Shown here in pieces: positions 52,478-64,000 of a stretch of 64,000 nt of DNA. The translations under genes were made by a program, and so were the position numbers. Source of the stretch: Euprymna scolopes (lineage: Eukaryota). The stretch is taken from assembly GCA_053919585.1 (NCBI GenBank), contig CM132786.1. The stretch is one strand, 5' to 3'. The stretch's first letter is position 1. Each line of letters starts with the position of its first letter. The notes under the pieces are model-generated. The model worked only from the letters and a program-made list of their open reading frames with translations. It was not told the origin of the DNA and ran no database searches.

Positions 52478-52637
52478 CAAAAGTTCCCGCCGTTGAATGG
52501 GTTCAAAAACAGCCTATGGACTCTGATTTATGAAAGTATGATTGGTTATGAAAAGAAAAGGATGTAAAGAGATAGCTTCGAGCTTGGGGGTATCAAAACC
52601 AAAGAAAAATATGATGAAAGTAAAAAGAAAATAGATA

Positions 52638-53065
52638 AACCCCATCATTTATTATACCATACCTGTCCACACTGAAACACTTATAACAGTATTCTGTGGA
52701 TCTATATTAAAACACCTTGTTTTAATATAGTGTGACATATTTCAATTCTATGGAGGGCAGGCGCGAATGAACACACACTAATTTTATTATACCATATTTC
52801 TTCAAACTGAAACATTATTATCAAAGTATACTTACCCAGATAGATATGAAAGGTATTTATATAAGTGTGTGCCTATTTCCTTTCTATGGAGGCCAGGCGC
52901 AAACGCATACCCCACTATTTTATTATACCATCCCTATTTAAGTTAAACCATACTTATCAAAGGATTCTTATGTACATCAATATCAAAAACATTTGTAACG
53001 TTTTTTTTCCATTTTTAAATTTGTTATTTTCATACTTTGGGGCCAGGCGCGAAGGCAGACCCAAC
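52638..53065 (+). repeat. ~135-150-bp degenerate tandem repeat, 3 units
   Basis: TTATTATACCAT occurs three times and GG(G/C)CAGGCGC(G/A)AA three times. Confidence 0.7.
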
Positions 53066-53235
53066 AATTAACACTCGTTTAATGAACCATCGTTCTGCCA
53101 GATCAAACATACCCATTCCTGTGTCTCGATACATCTTCTATCATTATATGTGATCAGTGTTCTAAAATAGTCAACCATATAGGAGCCTATTCGTGACCAG
53201 ACACACACACACACATAGATATTCATCTTTATACT

Positions 53236-53316
<81 letters not shown>

Positions 53317-53324
53317 CTGCTCGG

Positions 53325-53610
53325 AGGATGGCGGAATGATCACGTCGACACACCGGTTCCGCTGCATCATCGAAATAAGCAACATTGAACCTGGTCAGTA
53401 CTAAACGTGTACCCATCTTGGACTTCCGATGCTGTGTATGCTGTCCGCTTATCCCGGCATTGCTTCCACTCGTCCTGGATTTCCCCTGTCCTCTAGACCC
53501 AAGCAGTGATGATTCAGGAAATGCGGTTAGAGATTGCGTAACCATTGCCTCACAATTACACGCACAGCTGCTACAGGGAGTATCCTTTGTCTTTCGAGAC
53601 TGAAAGGATG
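53325..53610 (+). mobile_element. 5S rRNA-derived SINE, most complete copy
   Basis: CACGTCGACACACCGGTTCCGCTGCATCATCGAAATAAGCAACATTGAACCTGGTCAGTACT..GATGCTGT (5S-like), plus the shared body CGGCATTG..GCCTCACAATTACACGCA and tail TTTGTCTTTCGAGACTGAA. Confidence 0.8.
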
Positions 53611-54086
53611 CTGCATTTATGGTTTATTGCTTGCGGTGCGACTTCTTGTACATTCGCAGACCCCAATCTTAGTCGAGATAGTTATTGTCATTAATAACAC
53701 CATATCCTAAGCGATATTATGCTGATTATTGCACTCGAATATGAACTGGAAAATGAACTAGTGAAGAGTTTATAGAAGAAGCTGATGTTAATTGTATGAT
53801 GCTTATTAAGTCCATATTGACATTAAACTATTACATTGCTTTTAAAAACGTTTATGATTCTAATACATAGTTGGCCTCTGCTGTCGTAAAAGAAAACAGA
53901 AAAAAGGGCTAATTGATATATAACACATACATTTCTAAATTCAGAACAAAATCACAAAAATACACTTTTTTAACGGTGTGTGATGAAAGGCAGAAAGACT
54001 GGTGTCATTCAAAAAGTAAATTCGCAACTTTTTTTAAATATTAAATATTGGCAACAAATATGTAAATATGTAATTTAGGCGTAAAT

Positions 54087-54935
54087 ATACAGGTGGAATA
54101 TTAAATTGCCACCTTAAAGAAAACAGCAAAACAGTTTATTTTAAATCTTTATTTAAAATTAATTTAGATAACTTGATCATGTAGTTGAGTTGTCATCTAT
54201 TTAATGTTGCCACATTCAACCTCTATCACGTCCTCGATATGGGTCCGTAATTGGGAGCATTCCTTTTCCATAAGTGCCAGCTGGAGCTCGGCGAAGTCTC
54301 AATGGATGGCAGCGATCAAGCTGGCTTTGGTGTTTTAAGACATCATGTTTGTGATGTTCTCAACGTATGACCAAACGAAGTAGTCGACTGAGAGAAAGGT
54401 ACAAATCATAGCACTCCATCTGAAGCTAGACCTGGGTCTCTAAGGGCCGGCGCTGAATCATAGTGTCATACGTATGGTCTGCTTGCAGACAGCTGATTGC
54501 ACCGGGAGATTACCACACTTGTCAGCACATTCAGATACATTTGGTGTGGACTTTCAAGCCGATTTAAAGATATAATATGGCACGATGTGATCCCCACTTT
54601 AAACCACACCAAATACCCTAAATGTAGCCGGAAACTATATTGATGTGTGCCCCCAAGCATTGAACTGTCTGGCCTCTAGTTTGAAGGTGTTGGCAATGGT
54701 CCTGTTGTCATAACTTGGATCGATAGAGAGCATTGGTTGCAAAGCGGTGCAACTCCGATTTTGCTCATCGAACGTTGTGTTGATTTCAGACATGAGAGGC
54801 GGCTACGATCGCCCCTGTGATTTGTACACAACTGGCGAACTATTAAAATATCTGAAAGAAAAAAAACGGTTTTCATCAAACGAAAGTTAAAACATGTCCT
54901 TTTTTATGGCGACAATGTTATCGGTCCACTCTTAT
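54087..54935 (-). mobile_element. Internally deleted Tc1/mariner-superfamily (maT-like) element
   Basis: Imperfect TIRs TACAGGTGGAATATTAAATTGCCACC / GGCGACAATGTTATCGGTCCACTCTTATA. Motifs DYFVWSYVE and IEDVIEVECG. Confidence 0.65.
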
Positions 54936-56361
54936 AAGTTTATTACAGTTTTGAATGTTCACTTTAGTAATAGGAATGTTGCTATTATGTAATAGGTTTT
55001 CTGCGATATATCGTTACTAATTATCTGTCGTGCGACCGAGCCGTAAACTAATCATAAACAAACTACTTAATATCAATAAACAATAACATCGCATTAGACA
55101 AAATCTTGAAGTCTTATCATGAGTTGATTGAACGGCTTAGATTGTGATATCACAGCGGCTGTTCACGCATAAAATCAATTATTCCTACTTCGCAGGTGGT
55201 ATTTTCTTTCATAATGACATAGAAAAGAAAGATACGTTTTCATCGGTCGAATCATATGAAACTCGGTGCTTTACAATTTATCAAAGACAGTTAATTAATT
55301 TGATTATATAACTATTCTAAAAAATTGTATGGAGGTATTACACAGTTAAAGGTGACTTGTATGTGTTTTAAACAAAAACGTATAATTAAATTGGTATATT
55401 GATTAAAGATTGCGTATTTATGTATCCAGAAAATAATCAGTATAATTCAAAACATTTTCAATTTTGAATAGAAAAAATGTGTTTATTCTTATACAGAAAT
55501 GATAAAAGTAATTTATATTTTGAGTGAAATTTAAAATTAATTGGTTTGAACGGAACGGTAAGATATAAGGGTGATGAATCAGAAAATGGAGATGTATTGA
55601 ATAATAACAGGTGTTCACTTAAGTAATATTAAAGCGTTGAAGAAAAGAGATGCCTGTAGTGACCGGGATACACATCTAGATTACCTGGTTCTAATCCTCA
55701 CCGACCTTATAGCACATGTTTCATTTGTTTCATCTGAACTCTGTTAAAATTTTGATTCTATTTCACAAATGCCTGATAGACCACAACACGTACAGGCAAA
55801 CGAGCGCTTCCACGTAGATTAGAAAAACGCAAATAGCTATCAAGGTTATTTTTAGCTGTGTTAAATTATTTTTTCAAACGTTTACAAATTACTTAAATTT
55901 GCTTTCAGGTTAATTAATGACATGCGTAAAATCTATCTCTATTACGTTAACGTCTTTATTACGCACGCACGNNNNNNNNNNNNNNNNNNNNNNNNNNNNN
56001 NNNNNNNNNNNNNNNNNNNNNNNNNNNNNNNNNNNNNNNNNNNNNNNNNNNNNNNNNNNNNNNNNNNNNNNNNNNNNNNNNNNNNNNNNNNNNNNNNNNN
56101 NNNGAAACTAATTAACCGAAGATTACGAATTTGGGAAAAGCGCACCATGATATAAGGAATCCAAATGTGTACTATATCTAGTACAGTTTGATTTTATACA
56201 GACGGTGTAAATAACAGTTTCCCTTCAAGGAAATGTAATATAGCCTTATACTACACTAGATCCCCGGGATAAGGCATTAAAAATTAGTAACAAAATACAG
56301 TATATTATATAATACACATGTATATAATCAAATCATTATAAATAAGGCAGGGCAATTATAG

Positions 56362-56709
56362 TTGGTTGGTTGGTCGTTTTTGTTTTACGGCATATCAACA
56401 CTTTTCGGGTTAGTTAATGCCGAATCCAAAGATTTTGAAGACAAAATTTTTTAATAGAATATATTTATTGTTTTCACGTCGGTTTCTATTTAACCCATAG
56501 TTGGGACCCTTACAGGTACTACCGCTCCGGGTCAGAGTGGACCTGGGAGCAATTATAATTAAAGGGAGGCTCCACACTCCCCAAAGCCCACAAGCTGGGG
56601 TTTCACCACTGGATATAGTTTAAGGTCATATTCAGGCCCCCCGTTGAGGGACTTTTACCCTCTGCAAGGGAGGGCAGTCGGCTTATTCTAATGCTCCACC
56701 GACAGGGCC
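56362..56709 (-). mobile_element. RTE-associated non-autonomous element or SINE
   Basis: Minus-strand 5' end GCCCTGTCGG..AGAATAAGCCGACTGC..GCAGAGGGTAA resembles RTE-type 5' ends. 3' tail GTTGATATGCCGTAAAAC..(CAAC)n. Confidence 0.55.
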
Positions 56710-56748
56710 TGCAATTATAGTAACCAGAGCTGGAACAAATATTATTCC

Positions 56749-56766
56749 ACACCGTAATCTGAAAAA
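56749..56766 (+). promoter_or_regulatory. snRNA proximal sequence element (PSE)-like box
   Basis: ACACCGTAATCTGAAAAA resembles the TCACCNTNA..TNAAAAG PSE consensus and sits at about -66 to -49 from the U2-like start. Confidence 0.55.
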
Positions 56767-56814
56767 AATCGTATCCTAGTAACATTGTAGCAACGGGTTC
56801 TACTGTTGATTACA

Positions 56815-56861
56815 ATAACCTTCTTGGCCTTCGGGTCAAGATCAAAGTGTAGTATCTGTTC
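56815..56861 (+). ncRNA. U2: U2 snRNA 5' portion (variant), interrupted gene
   Basis: ATAACCTTCTTGGCCTTCGGGTCAAGATCAAAGTGTAGTATCTGTTC versus metazoan U2 AUCGCUUCUCGGCCUU.UGGCUAAGAUCA(A)AGUGUAGUAUCUGUUC. The invariant block AAGATCAAAGTGTAGTATCTGTTC, including GUAGUA, is exact. Confidence 0.88.
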
Positions 56862-57273
56862 CGGCAGATACTGCAAGCAAAGACCATATGTGGGGGCGAC
56901 CCCACATATAAGACCTTGGTCAATGTAGGGGCAACCCTTCATACCAATTGTCACTATCCAGCTCCCCTACTCCCCGGGGAGCTGGTCCCCATTTCCCCTT
57001 CACTCCTCACATTAAAAATCGGCCTTGTGCCTAATTTGCTCGGTGGGGGAGCAAATAAATACCATCTGTTCCGGCAGATACTGCAAGCAAAGACCATATG
57101 TGGGGGCGACCCCACATATAAGACCTTGGTCAATGTAGGGGCAACCCTTCATACCAATTGTCACTATCCAGCTCCCCTACTCCCCGGGGAGTTGGTCCCC
57201 ATTTCCCCTTCCCTCCTCACATTAAAAATCGGCCTTGTGCCTAATTTGCTCGGTGGGGGAGCAAATAAATACC
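56862..57273 (+). mobile_element. Two tandem 202-bp units inserted in U2 (candidate Utopia/Keno-dependent short element or truncated 3'UTRs)
   Basis: ATCTGTTC at 56854-56861, 57064-57071 and 57274-57281 (period 210). Units differ at 2 nt, end in AAATAAATACC, and U2 resumes as ATCTGTTCTT. Confidence 0.75.
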
Positions 57274-60269
57274 ATCTGTTCTTCAGATGCTGCACTTCCA
57301 TTTCTTGTTCTCTTTCGGTGGAGGAGAAATCATTCACGACTGAGACAATTTTTTATTTTTGTACCTTTTCTCCACGTTACAAAACGACCCTGGTGACTAA
57401 CTCTGTCCCGTGGGGAGGCATAGTAAATAGGTAGGTACTGTTGATTTTTTTCCTACAAACTCTGGGCAAAAATGAAACTTAGATGGGTCGACGTCAGGGT
57501 TATATTGTGGATAATCTTTAATAGAGTAGACGCCTTGCATTTTTACTACGTCACTTTTTCAGCAGGATGTAATCGAAATAATACAAACTATTTTTACTGT
57601 TAACGAGAGACATATTTTCTAAGGCTTTTGTCCATAAGAATTGTTTCACATGTAAGTTTCAATAAAATTTTTATTGAAACCCTGATATATCATGAGTGAT
57701 TATTGTATAGGCATATCATTAAAAGTACAATAATATATGGATTTATTGAATCTAAGGTATCGTGGCAGCGTGTAGAGATTGCACTAAAATTTATTAACTT
57801 TTCCTGTGTATAATGTTATATATCTAACCTATTGTCCTCGCTTGTTATAACATGATCAGGAATAGTTTTAGTTATTTGCATGGAAAGTGTAATTTATCCG
57901 ATCGAAACATGTTTCTCATATTTTTGTCGCGTAAATCTGCTAACTTTTACTATCTTTTCTAAGTTGTTGCATATTTTGGAAGTAAAGTTCCACGGCCAAT
58001 TAGACAATGACCATTCTTTACAGGTAAAGTTTATAAAGGGATTTCTCACTTCTCGATCTGTTATGAGATCTTGACGCTGCATACTGCATATATTAAATGC
58101 TTATTAACATATATACATAATTAACTTTATATGTGCAGATTTATTTCCACAGGAAGTAATTGATCTCATTCTTAACGTACATCTACTCCAAGTATGCCAA
58201 ACACGATACGTAGCAGTGCGGGCTATCCCTCGATGCGAGTTATGAAAAGTAGCTGAAAAAATTCCCTGCATTTTGAATGTTTTCTTCGCTAAAATATAAA
58301 CAAGAGATTAGAAAGAAATCTACAGGTCATCTTCATTCGGTAAAGAACTCGACGACGTCTTATTAAGAAACCAAACTACAATTGTAGACTAGACATAGAA
58401 ATCTCTCCTCTGATTCACATATTCTCCAGTATCAGAAGTAGCCTACTATCATTCGAAAAGAAACCGAAAGGCCTTAGAACTGTAATTGGGCTGTAAAAAG
58501 TTGCTAAAAATAGATACGACTACAAACCCAACAAACCTTGTGTGAATATGCAGTGGATGAACTTAATACGAAACACTACTTTTCCACAGGCCTAATGCAC
58601 AGCCGATACAACTGAAAGGGTTTGGACTATAACTATAATGCAAAAATGCATCAAATTTAGTAAAGTGCCATATGTCGTCAAATATACGATTAGGGGACCA
58701 GGTAATACACGGCCTGGTACTCTTTTTTTTAAATACACTTTTTTTAATCGTAAATCTAATACTTTGAAATATTCTCTGAATTTTAAGAGAAAATTAATAA
58801 TGAATGAAATAATCTTAAATATTTTTTAAGTTTCATGGAAGAAAGAAAATATAACCAAAAGAAAGAATTCATCAACAAGGAATGGAGAATGGAGAACCGC
58901 GCGGTAGAATAGCCACACATAATTCCATTCTCTTTTATAAATAAAACTTCCAAGTAACACATATTTATTGATGTTATAATCTGTTGCTGGTTACCATGAT
59001 TTGCTTCCAAGCAGAGGAATGAAGCAACCTATAGTGCCATATTGGTTGCTGTTCCGAAGACGTTCCTTTTAACCATAGTGTGATCACACTAAACCCATAG
59101 TGTAATAACTGTTCGAATCTGGGCATTTCATACTTTCGAAGAAATGGAAGTTACGGTCCTAAAGTTTGTATAATGGTGAAGCCACATGCAATATGCTTAC
59201 CTTTATCGATGCACAGCATTCAGTTTACATAGATCGCTTCTTTTATTTAATATGTGTTATTAGAAACATATTCTGTTTTTACAAACATGTTTAGAATTAA
59301 ATATGTTGACAAAAATTAACCGGTAATGCCATAAAAATGGAATCGATTTTGCCACAAGATCTGTTTTTCTTCAAATATACTTAGCATAAAAAAAATCACC
59401 TGATGGAAAGAAACAAACACTGTCTCCTAATTCAGCAGTGAAAAATAACTTATATCAGTTATATAAACATGTAAAAACGAAAAAGAAAAAAATAACCTAT
59501 TATCCTATTTAATTAAACAATGACTGAACGTATCCGCTAGAGGAAAGTGTGGATCATCAGTCTAGAGAATAGTTCATGTTTACTTGGGGTTAACTGCTTA
59601 TCAAAGCCCGGGAATACGATCAGAAATCGTAAAGCTTGGCTACTGTTTGATTATATTAAAAGACACATCATCAATACCCTATTTATATTTAATTTGAAAA
59701 GGATTATGGGAATAATTTCACGGTATTCGTTTAACAGACAGTTTTAGAAGAGAAAGTCTGCTCACGAACGTTCCCTTCGTTTTAAGCACATATGAGGAAG
59801 TCAGGAAAATTGCCCATGGTTGTTTTAGCTGAATGTTTATTTGTTGCGAAAGTTTTATGTGCGTAACAATAGATAAAAACCCAGTAGATGAAATACAATG
59901 AAACTAACCATAGAACACTGATAGACTCCCGACAGCTTTTTTGTGAGAAAGAGGAAGACCAGAAGGGTAAATGTCCTCGGCTACTAGATCTTGAAGATTA
60001 TTTTGTACCATGTTAAAGCAGGAAACGATACGTTTTGGAGTTACGTCAGAGACGTTTTCTACGTCCCCCCCATCTTAGTACGCATTTGGCTCTTGTACAG
60101 GTTGAGGATTGAGAAAATTTTTAAATTGGTAGAGTGAGGGCACAATATCTTTAAAGTGTGTTTTTTTTGCAACGGGTCTGATTAATGTATCAGGTTTATA
60201 ATAATTTAATATAATTTCTTGAACGAAATAAGAACTATCAGAATCCACACACAATGCAAACAAGTGTAC

Positions 60270-61380
60270 TCATACTAGTAACGTAAACTATTTCGTTCTG
60301 GTAGCGATGAAATCGCTAATTGCATTTTTAATATTGCTTACTTTTTGAAGCATTCCTCACGCAGAAAGTTGTTGAGGTGATTGAAAATGTGGTAGTCTGT
60401 TGTTGGTAGGTTTGAAGAATATGCTGGATGATGCAGACTTTCGTTGCCCAATTCGTCCAACTAGTGTAGGGTCGTGCATTGTTGTGGAGGAGTATTGCCC
60501 CTTTTTCTGTTGACTAATGCTGCGCGCGTTTGTCGAAGTTTCTAATGTTTTTCATCCATTTGTTGTGTGTACCTTATTGCCATACAGTTTTGCTTGCATT
60601 AAAAAAAGTTTAATGGAGGAGGCCGGTTATAGTTCATAAAACAATCAGAATTCACCCTTTTTGGTGCAACTCCGACTTCGAGAAATGAGTGGAGCTTCGT
60701 TGGCGTCTAATCATTGAGGTAAGAGTCACCAGTTGTCGGACATAGCCCATTTTTCATCGCAAATCAAAACCGTGTCTAGAAACGGGTCTTTCTTTTTTTC
60801 GTAAAAAAAGGAAAGATGACACTTCATGAGGTTTGTTGTTGATTGTCGTTTAATTTGTGAGGCACCGATTTACCAATTTGTTGTCTTTCCACTCTTTCTC
60901 AAGTTGTTAAAAATCGCCGTATACGTCACGTCTAATTCAGAAGCAAGTTCTTGAACATTTGTGCATGGATTAGCTTCGACTAACGCTCTTAATTGATCAT
61001 TGTCAACATTAGATGGCCGACCAGTACGTTCGTAATCTTCAAGATTTATTTAACAATCATTGTGCTGTGCGTTCAGTAGTGGTTCCTGTACAAAACGATT
61101 CACTGATATCGCGAGTTGTTTCAGCGGCTATTCGGGCTAGCTTGAATTGAAAAAAAAATTGTGCAAATGTGCTTTGTTTTTCAATCTTGTATTAAACATT
61201 CTGAAAAGAAGACATACTTCTTTTTAAAACGATTGCAATTTAAACGATTATATCAAGTAAATGTATAATAACGAAGTCGTATTCGAAAATACACCATTTG
61301 AAATGTAAATTACAAACCCCGCAAGAACACTCTTTTTCAAATGATTAAAAGGGCATTATTTTTTTGTCAAACCCCAAGTT
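60270..61380 (-). mobile_element. Degenerate mariner element
   Basis: Minus strand: RTGRPSNVDNDQLRALVEANP, FLDTVLICDEKWA and GAILLHNNARP. Confidence 0.85.
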
Positions 61381-62619
61381 CTCCGTAGAAACACACACTT
61401 ACGTTCAACTTTTATGATGTAACCATGAGAAAAAAATCGGAAATAAATTCAATGCGAGTGTACAGAGCAATGTTTTGTAAATCATGCGACGAATCTAAAA
61501 TAATATGCATCGGAATTTTCCTTTCTAATGCATTATTCTATTTACAACAGTAGATATTATACATGAATAAGTTCGCATACAGATTTGTCTGCTGATGCTC
61601 CGGGTTGATTAAGTGTAAGGACGCACCAATGGCTCCATACTATTGTTTTTCACTTCGAAACGGTTGCTAACACAATTGAATATTAATATAAATGCACATC
61701 AATAAAACCACAAAGGTTTTTTTTTCTTAATTCCAATCAGTTTTCGATCCAATAATTCGTGCAAAGGCCTGTGCACGAAAGATTGTCTACTATAAGAACA
61801 TCAATCATGATATTTATATATATTCACAAGTTCGGAATATTTCGGAATTTTTAAGTATCTCATATGCATAGGTACTGTGCTTATTTGTAAAACAAGCAGA
61901 TTTCTCAATAAAACTTATATGAAATGAAAAATCTTAATAAATCATATATTTGTATGTGTATATGCGTATAGACTTACATATAAAACAGCTAATAAATCAT
62001 AATGCTTCTGGGGATGTTAGTTGCCAAAATATTTAGATTCTATCCGTTGGAATTTATACTTTATAAGCAACAAATGAAGTTGCTCCTTTGTTAATATTAA
62101 CGTACATTATGGTTTGTGTAACGAGAGGTGTTCGAAATATCATACATTATCATTTTATTCCGTGCTGATGGAGCAGATAGAAGTAAAAATTAAAAAAAAT
62201 ATGATGATTGAATTTTAGTATTCAACCTGAAAGTTTCATCTCGCTCTTGCAGATACTTGTGCTGTGGAACTCTAAGAAACAAATCCCTGTTATGTAGGTG
62301 CAGCAGAAGCAAAGGTGTCTGACAAAAGCGCATTAACTATTATGGTGAATATGAAGAAAATAGCGACAAGTATAACCGTCTTATAATATTACAGTTGCAA
62401 AACCTTCTGCATAAATAATTAGAAGGCTTAACTTTTAGGACGACCCTCATGAGATTTTTTCAAATGTTGANNNNNNNNNNNNNNNNNNNNNNNNNNNNNN
62501 NNNNNNNNNNNNNNNNNNNNNNNNNNNNNNNNNNNNNNNNNNNNNNNNNNNNNNNNNNNNNNNNNNNNNNNNNNNNNNNNNNNNNNNNNNNNNNNNNNNN
62601 NNNNNNNNNNNNNNNNNNN

Positions 62620-62800
62620 CTTTCACGATAAAGATAGAACCCAGAATTAGATAGAATCGAGCAATTGCATCGACAACAGACAACGCCAGACCCAAATGGG
62701 TTTAAATGTACTGCATCTCATCAGTGACGTGCTCCGACATAGGCGCGAACCCAGGTCGTCGCACTCATGACGTGTACAATACTGACGACCTAACCATACC
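62620..62800 (-). mobile_element. tRNA-derived SINE with hammerhead (family B)
   Basis: Minus strand TATGGTTAGG (A box) and GGTTCGCGCC (B box), then CGTCA-CTGATGA-GATG CAGTA CATT-TAAA-CCC ATTT GGG-TC-TGGCG at 62729-62684. G12 is mutated. Confidence 0.7.
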
Positions 62801-62913
62801 TGCATACCAGCAGTAACCATCTTAGTTGTATGACGCGTTGCTTGTCACATCGTAGAATGTAGAACTGGATAAAAGAAAGAACTTAAAAAATCGAGGCATT
62901 GTCAATAGATTGC

Positions 62914-63000
62914 GCCGTGGCCCATATGATTAGGTCGTCAGTATTGCACACTTCCTTGCTCGATTCTATCTAATTCAGGGTGCTATCTTTATCGTGAAAG
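62914..63000 (+). mobile_element. Internally deleted inverted copy of SINE family B
   Basis: TATGATTAGGTCGTCAGTATTG head joined to TTGCTCGATTCTATCTAATTC..TATCTTTATCGTGAAAG tail, the reverse complement of 62620-62665. Confidence 0.75.
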
Positions 63001-63550
63001 NNNNNNNNNNNNNNNNNNNNNNNNNNNNNNNNNNNNNNNNNNNNNNNNNNNNNNNNNNNNNNNNNNNNNNNNNNNNNNNNNNNNNNNNNNNNNNNNNNNN
63101 NNNNNNNNNNNNNNNNNNNNNNNNNNNNNNNNNNNNNNNNNNNNNGACAGATTATCATTTTTTTCCAACTTCTCTGGATACATTTTCGATTCGCCGAGCG
63201 TTTTGTTTTTAAATTTCAATCGGCATTATGTACAGATTGGCAAACAAAAGTTGTTGTTTAGCCATATGTGACTCAAGCGCTTTCTATCGGTGCGTCCGAT
63301 TATCATTAGCTGCGTTTTTTTGTTTTCTTTTTCTTTCATTTGAGGCTTAGTGTATTTATAGTTTACTTTTTAAACATCCGGCACCACCCTTTAACAAAAA
63401 AGAAAACAAAAAACAAAAAAAAATACAAACTATAAACATATTAAACGTCAAAGGCAAAAAACAGGAAACAAAAACAACCGCTCCTAATGATAATCAGACA
63501 CACCGATGGAAGCGCTTGTGTAGAATATAGCTTAACAAAACTTTTGGGCG

Positions 63551-63612
<62 letters not shown>

Positions 63613-63764
63613 TACAATAAGTTTACCAAAGTAATCAAAATGGTAAACTTAAAATATATTATAAATATTAAAGAGTTAATATTTACAAGTAAAGTAATCT
63701 CAACCAGATGTAAAAGCTCAATAAAACCGAAAAGGAAATAGAGCATATAATATGAACAAATGAT

Positions 63765-64000
63765 TAATAAAACACGTTAAAAACATCTGGAAAAAGAGTT
63801 AAAAACATATTTTATTTTAAAAAGGAAGCACAAGATAAGTGGATAGTCCTTAATAAACGGAGTTTCTAGCAAATTCTCTTCTTCTCATCAGAGGGCAGGA
63901 ATTAGCAAAATACGGGATAGGATTTTGCATGTAAAAGTATTTAATTAAACCACAAGTATGTCACAGATCTTACTTGGTTAAATAAAAGGGTGAGGTAAGG
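63765..64000 (-). mobile_element. Penelope-like terminal repeat fragment (same family as 10590-10830)
   Basis: Shares GATAAGTGGA.AGTCCTTAAT, GGAGTTTC, CTTCTCATCAGAGG, GGAATTAGCAAAAT and AGATCTTACTTG. Confidence 0.65.

Noticed and set aside
53325-53440. Functional 5S rRNA gene
   Set aside because: Many substitutions, no T-run terminator, and it continues into a shared SINE body.
56854-57281. CRISPR-like repeat-spacer pattern (ATCTGTTC three times)
   Set aside because: The repeat is only 8 bp, the 'spacers' are identical, the context is eukaryotic and there are no cas genes.
56916-57434. 172-aa ORF with an internal 70-aa repeat
   Set aside because: By-product of the 210-bp tandem (a multiple of 3). 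GTC/alternative start and no protein motif.

Overview
AT-rich animal (probably protostome invertebrate) intergenic or intronic DNA with several N gaps and many (TA)n microsatellites. No host protein-coding gene can be supported. The window is mostly transposon remains: Ty3/gypsy elements and solo LTRs, four copies of a single-ORF CR1-group LINE (one nearly intact at ~18.8-22.3 kb), an RTE LINE, Tc1/mariner/maT and hATm-like DNA transposons, and Penelope-like remnants. The most notable signals are RNA-based. (1) A U2 snRNA-like locus (PSE-like box plus U2 nt ~1-46) is interrupted just after the branch-point recognition sequence by two tandem, almost identical, highly structured 202-bp units separated by a repeated U2 target 8-mer. 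This suggests a short U2-targeting retroelement. (2) Two families of tRNA-headed SINEs carry a hammerhead ribozyme, one copy with a perfect catalytic core. (3) Several palindromes carry outward-facing hammerhead cores. (4) A 5S rRNA-derived SINE family is present. Everything was read by eye with no database searches; boundaries of degenerate elements are approximate.
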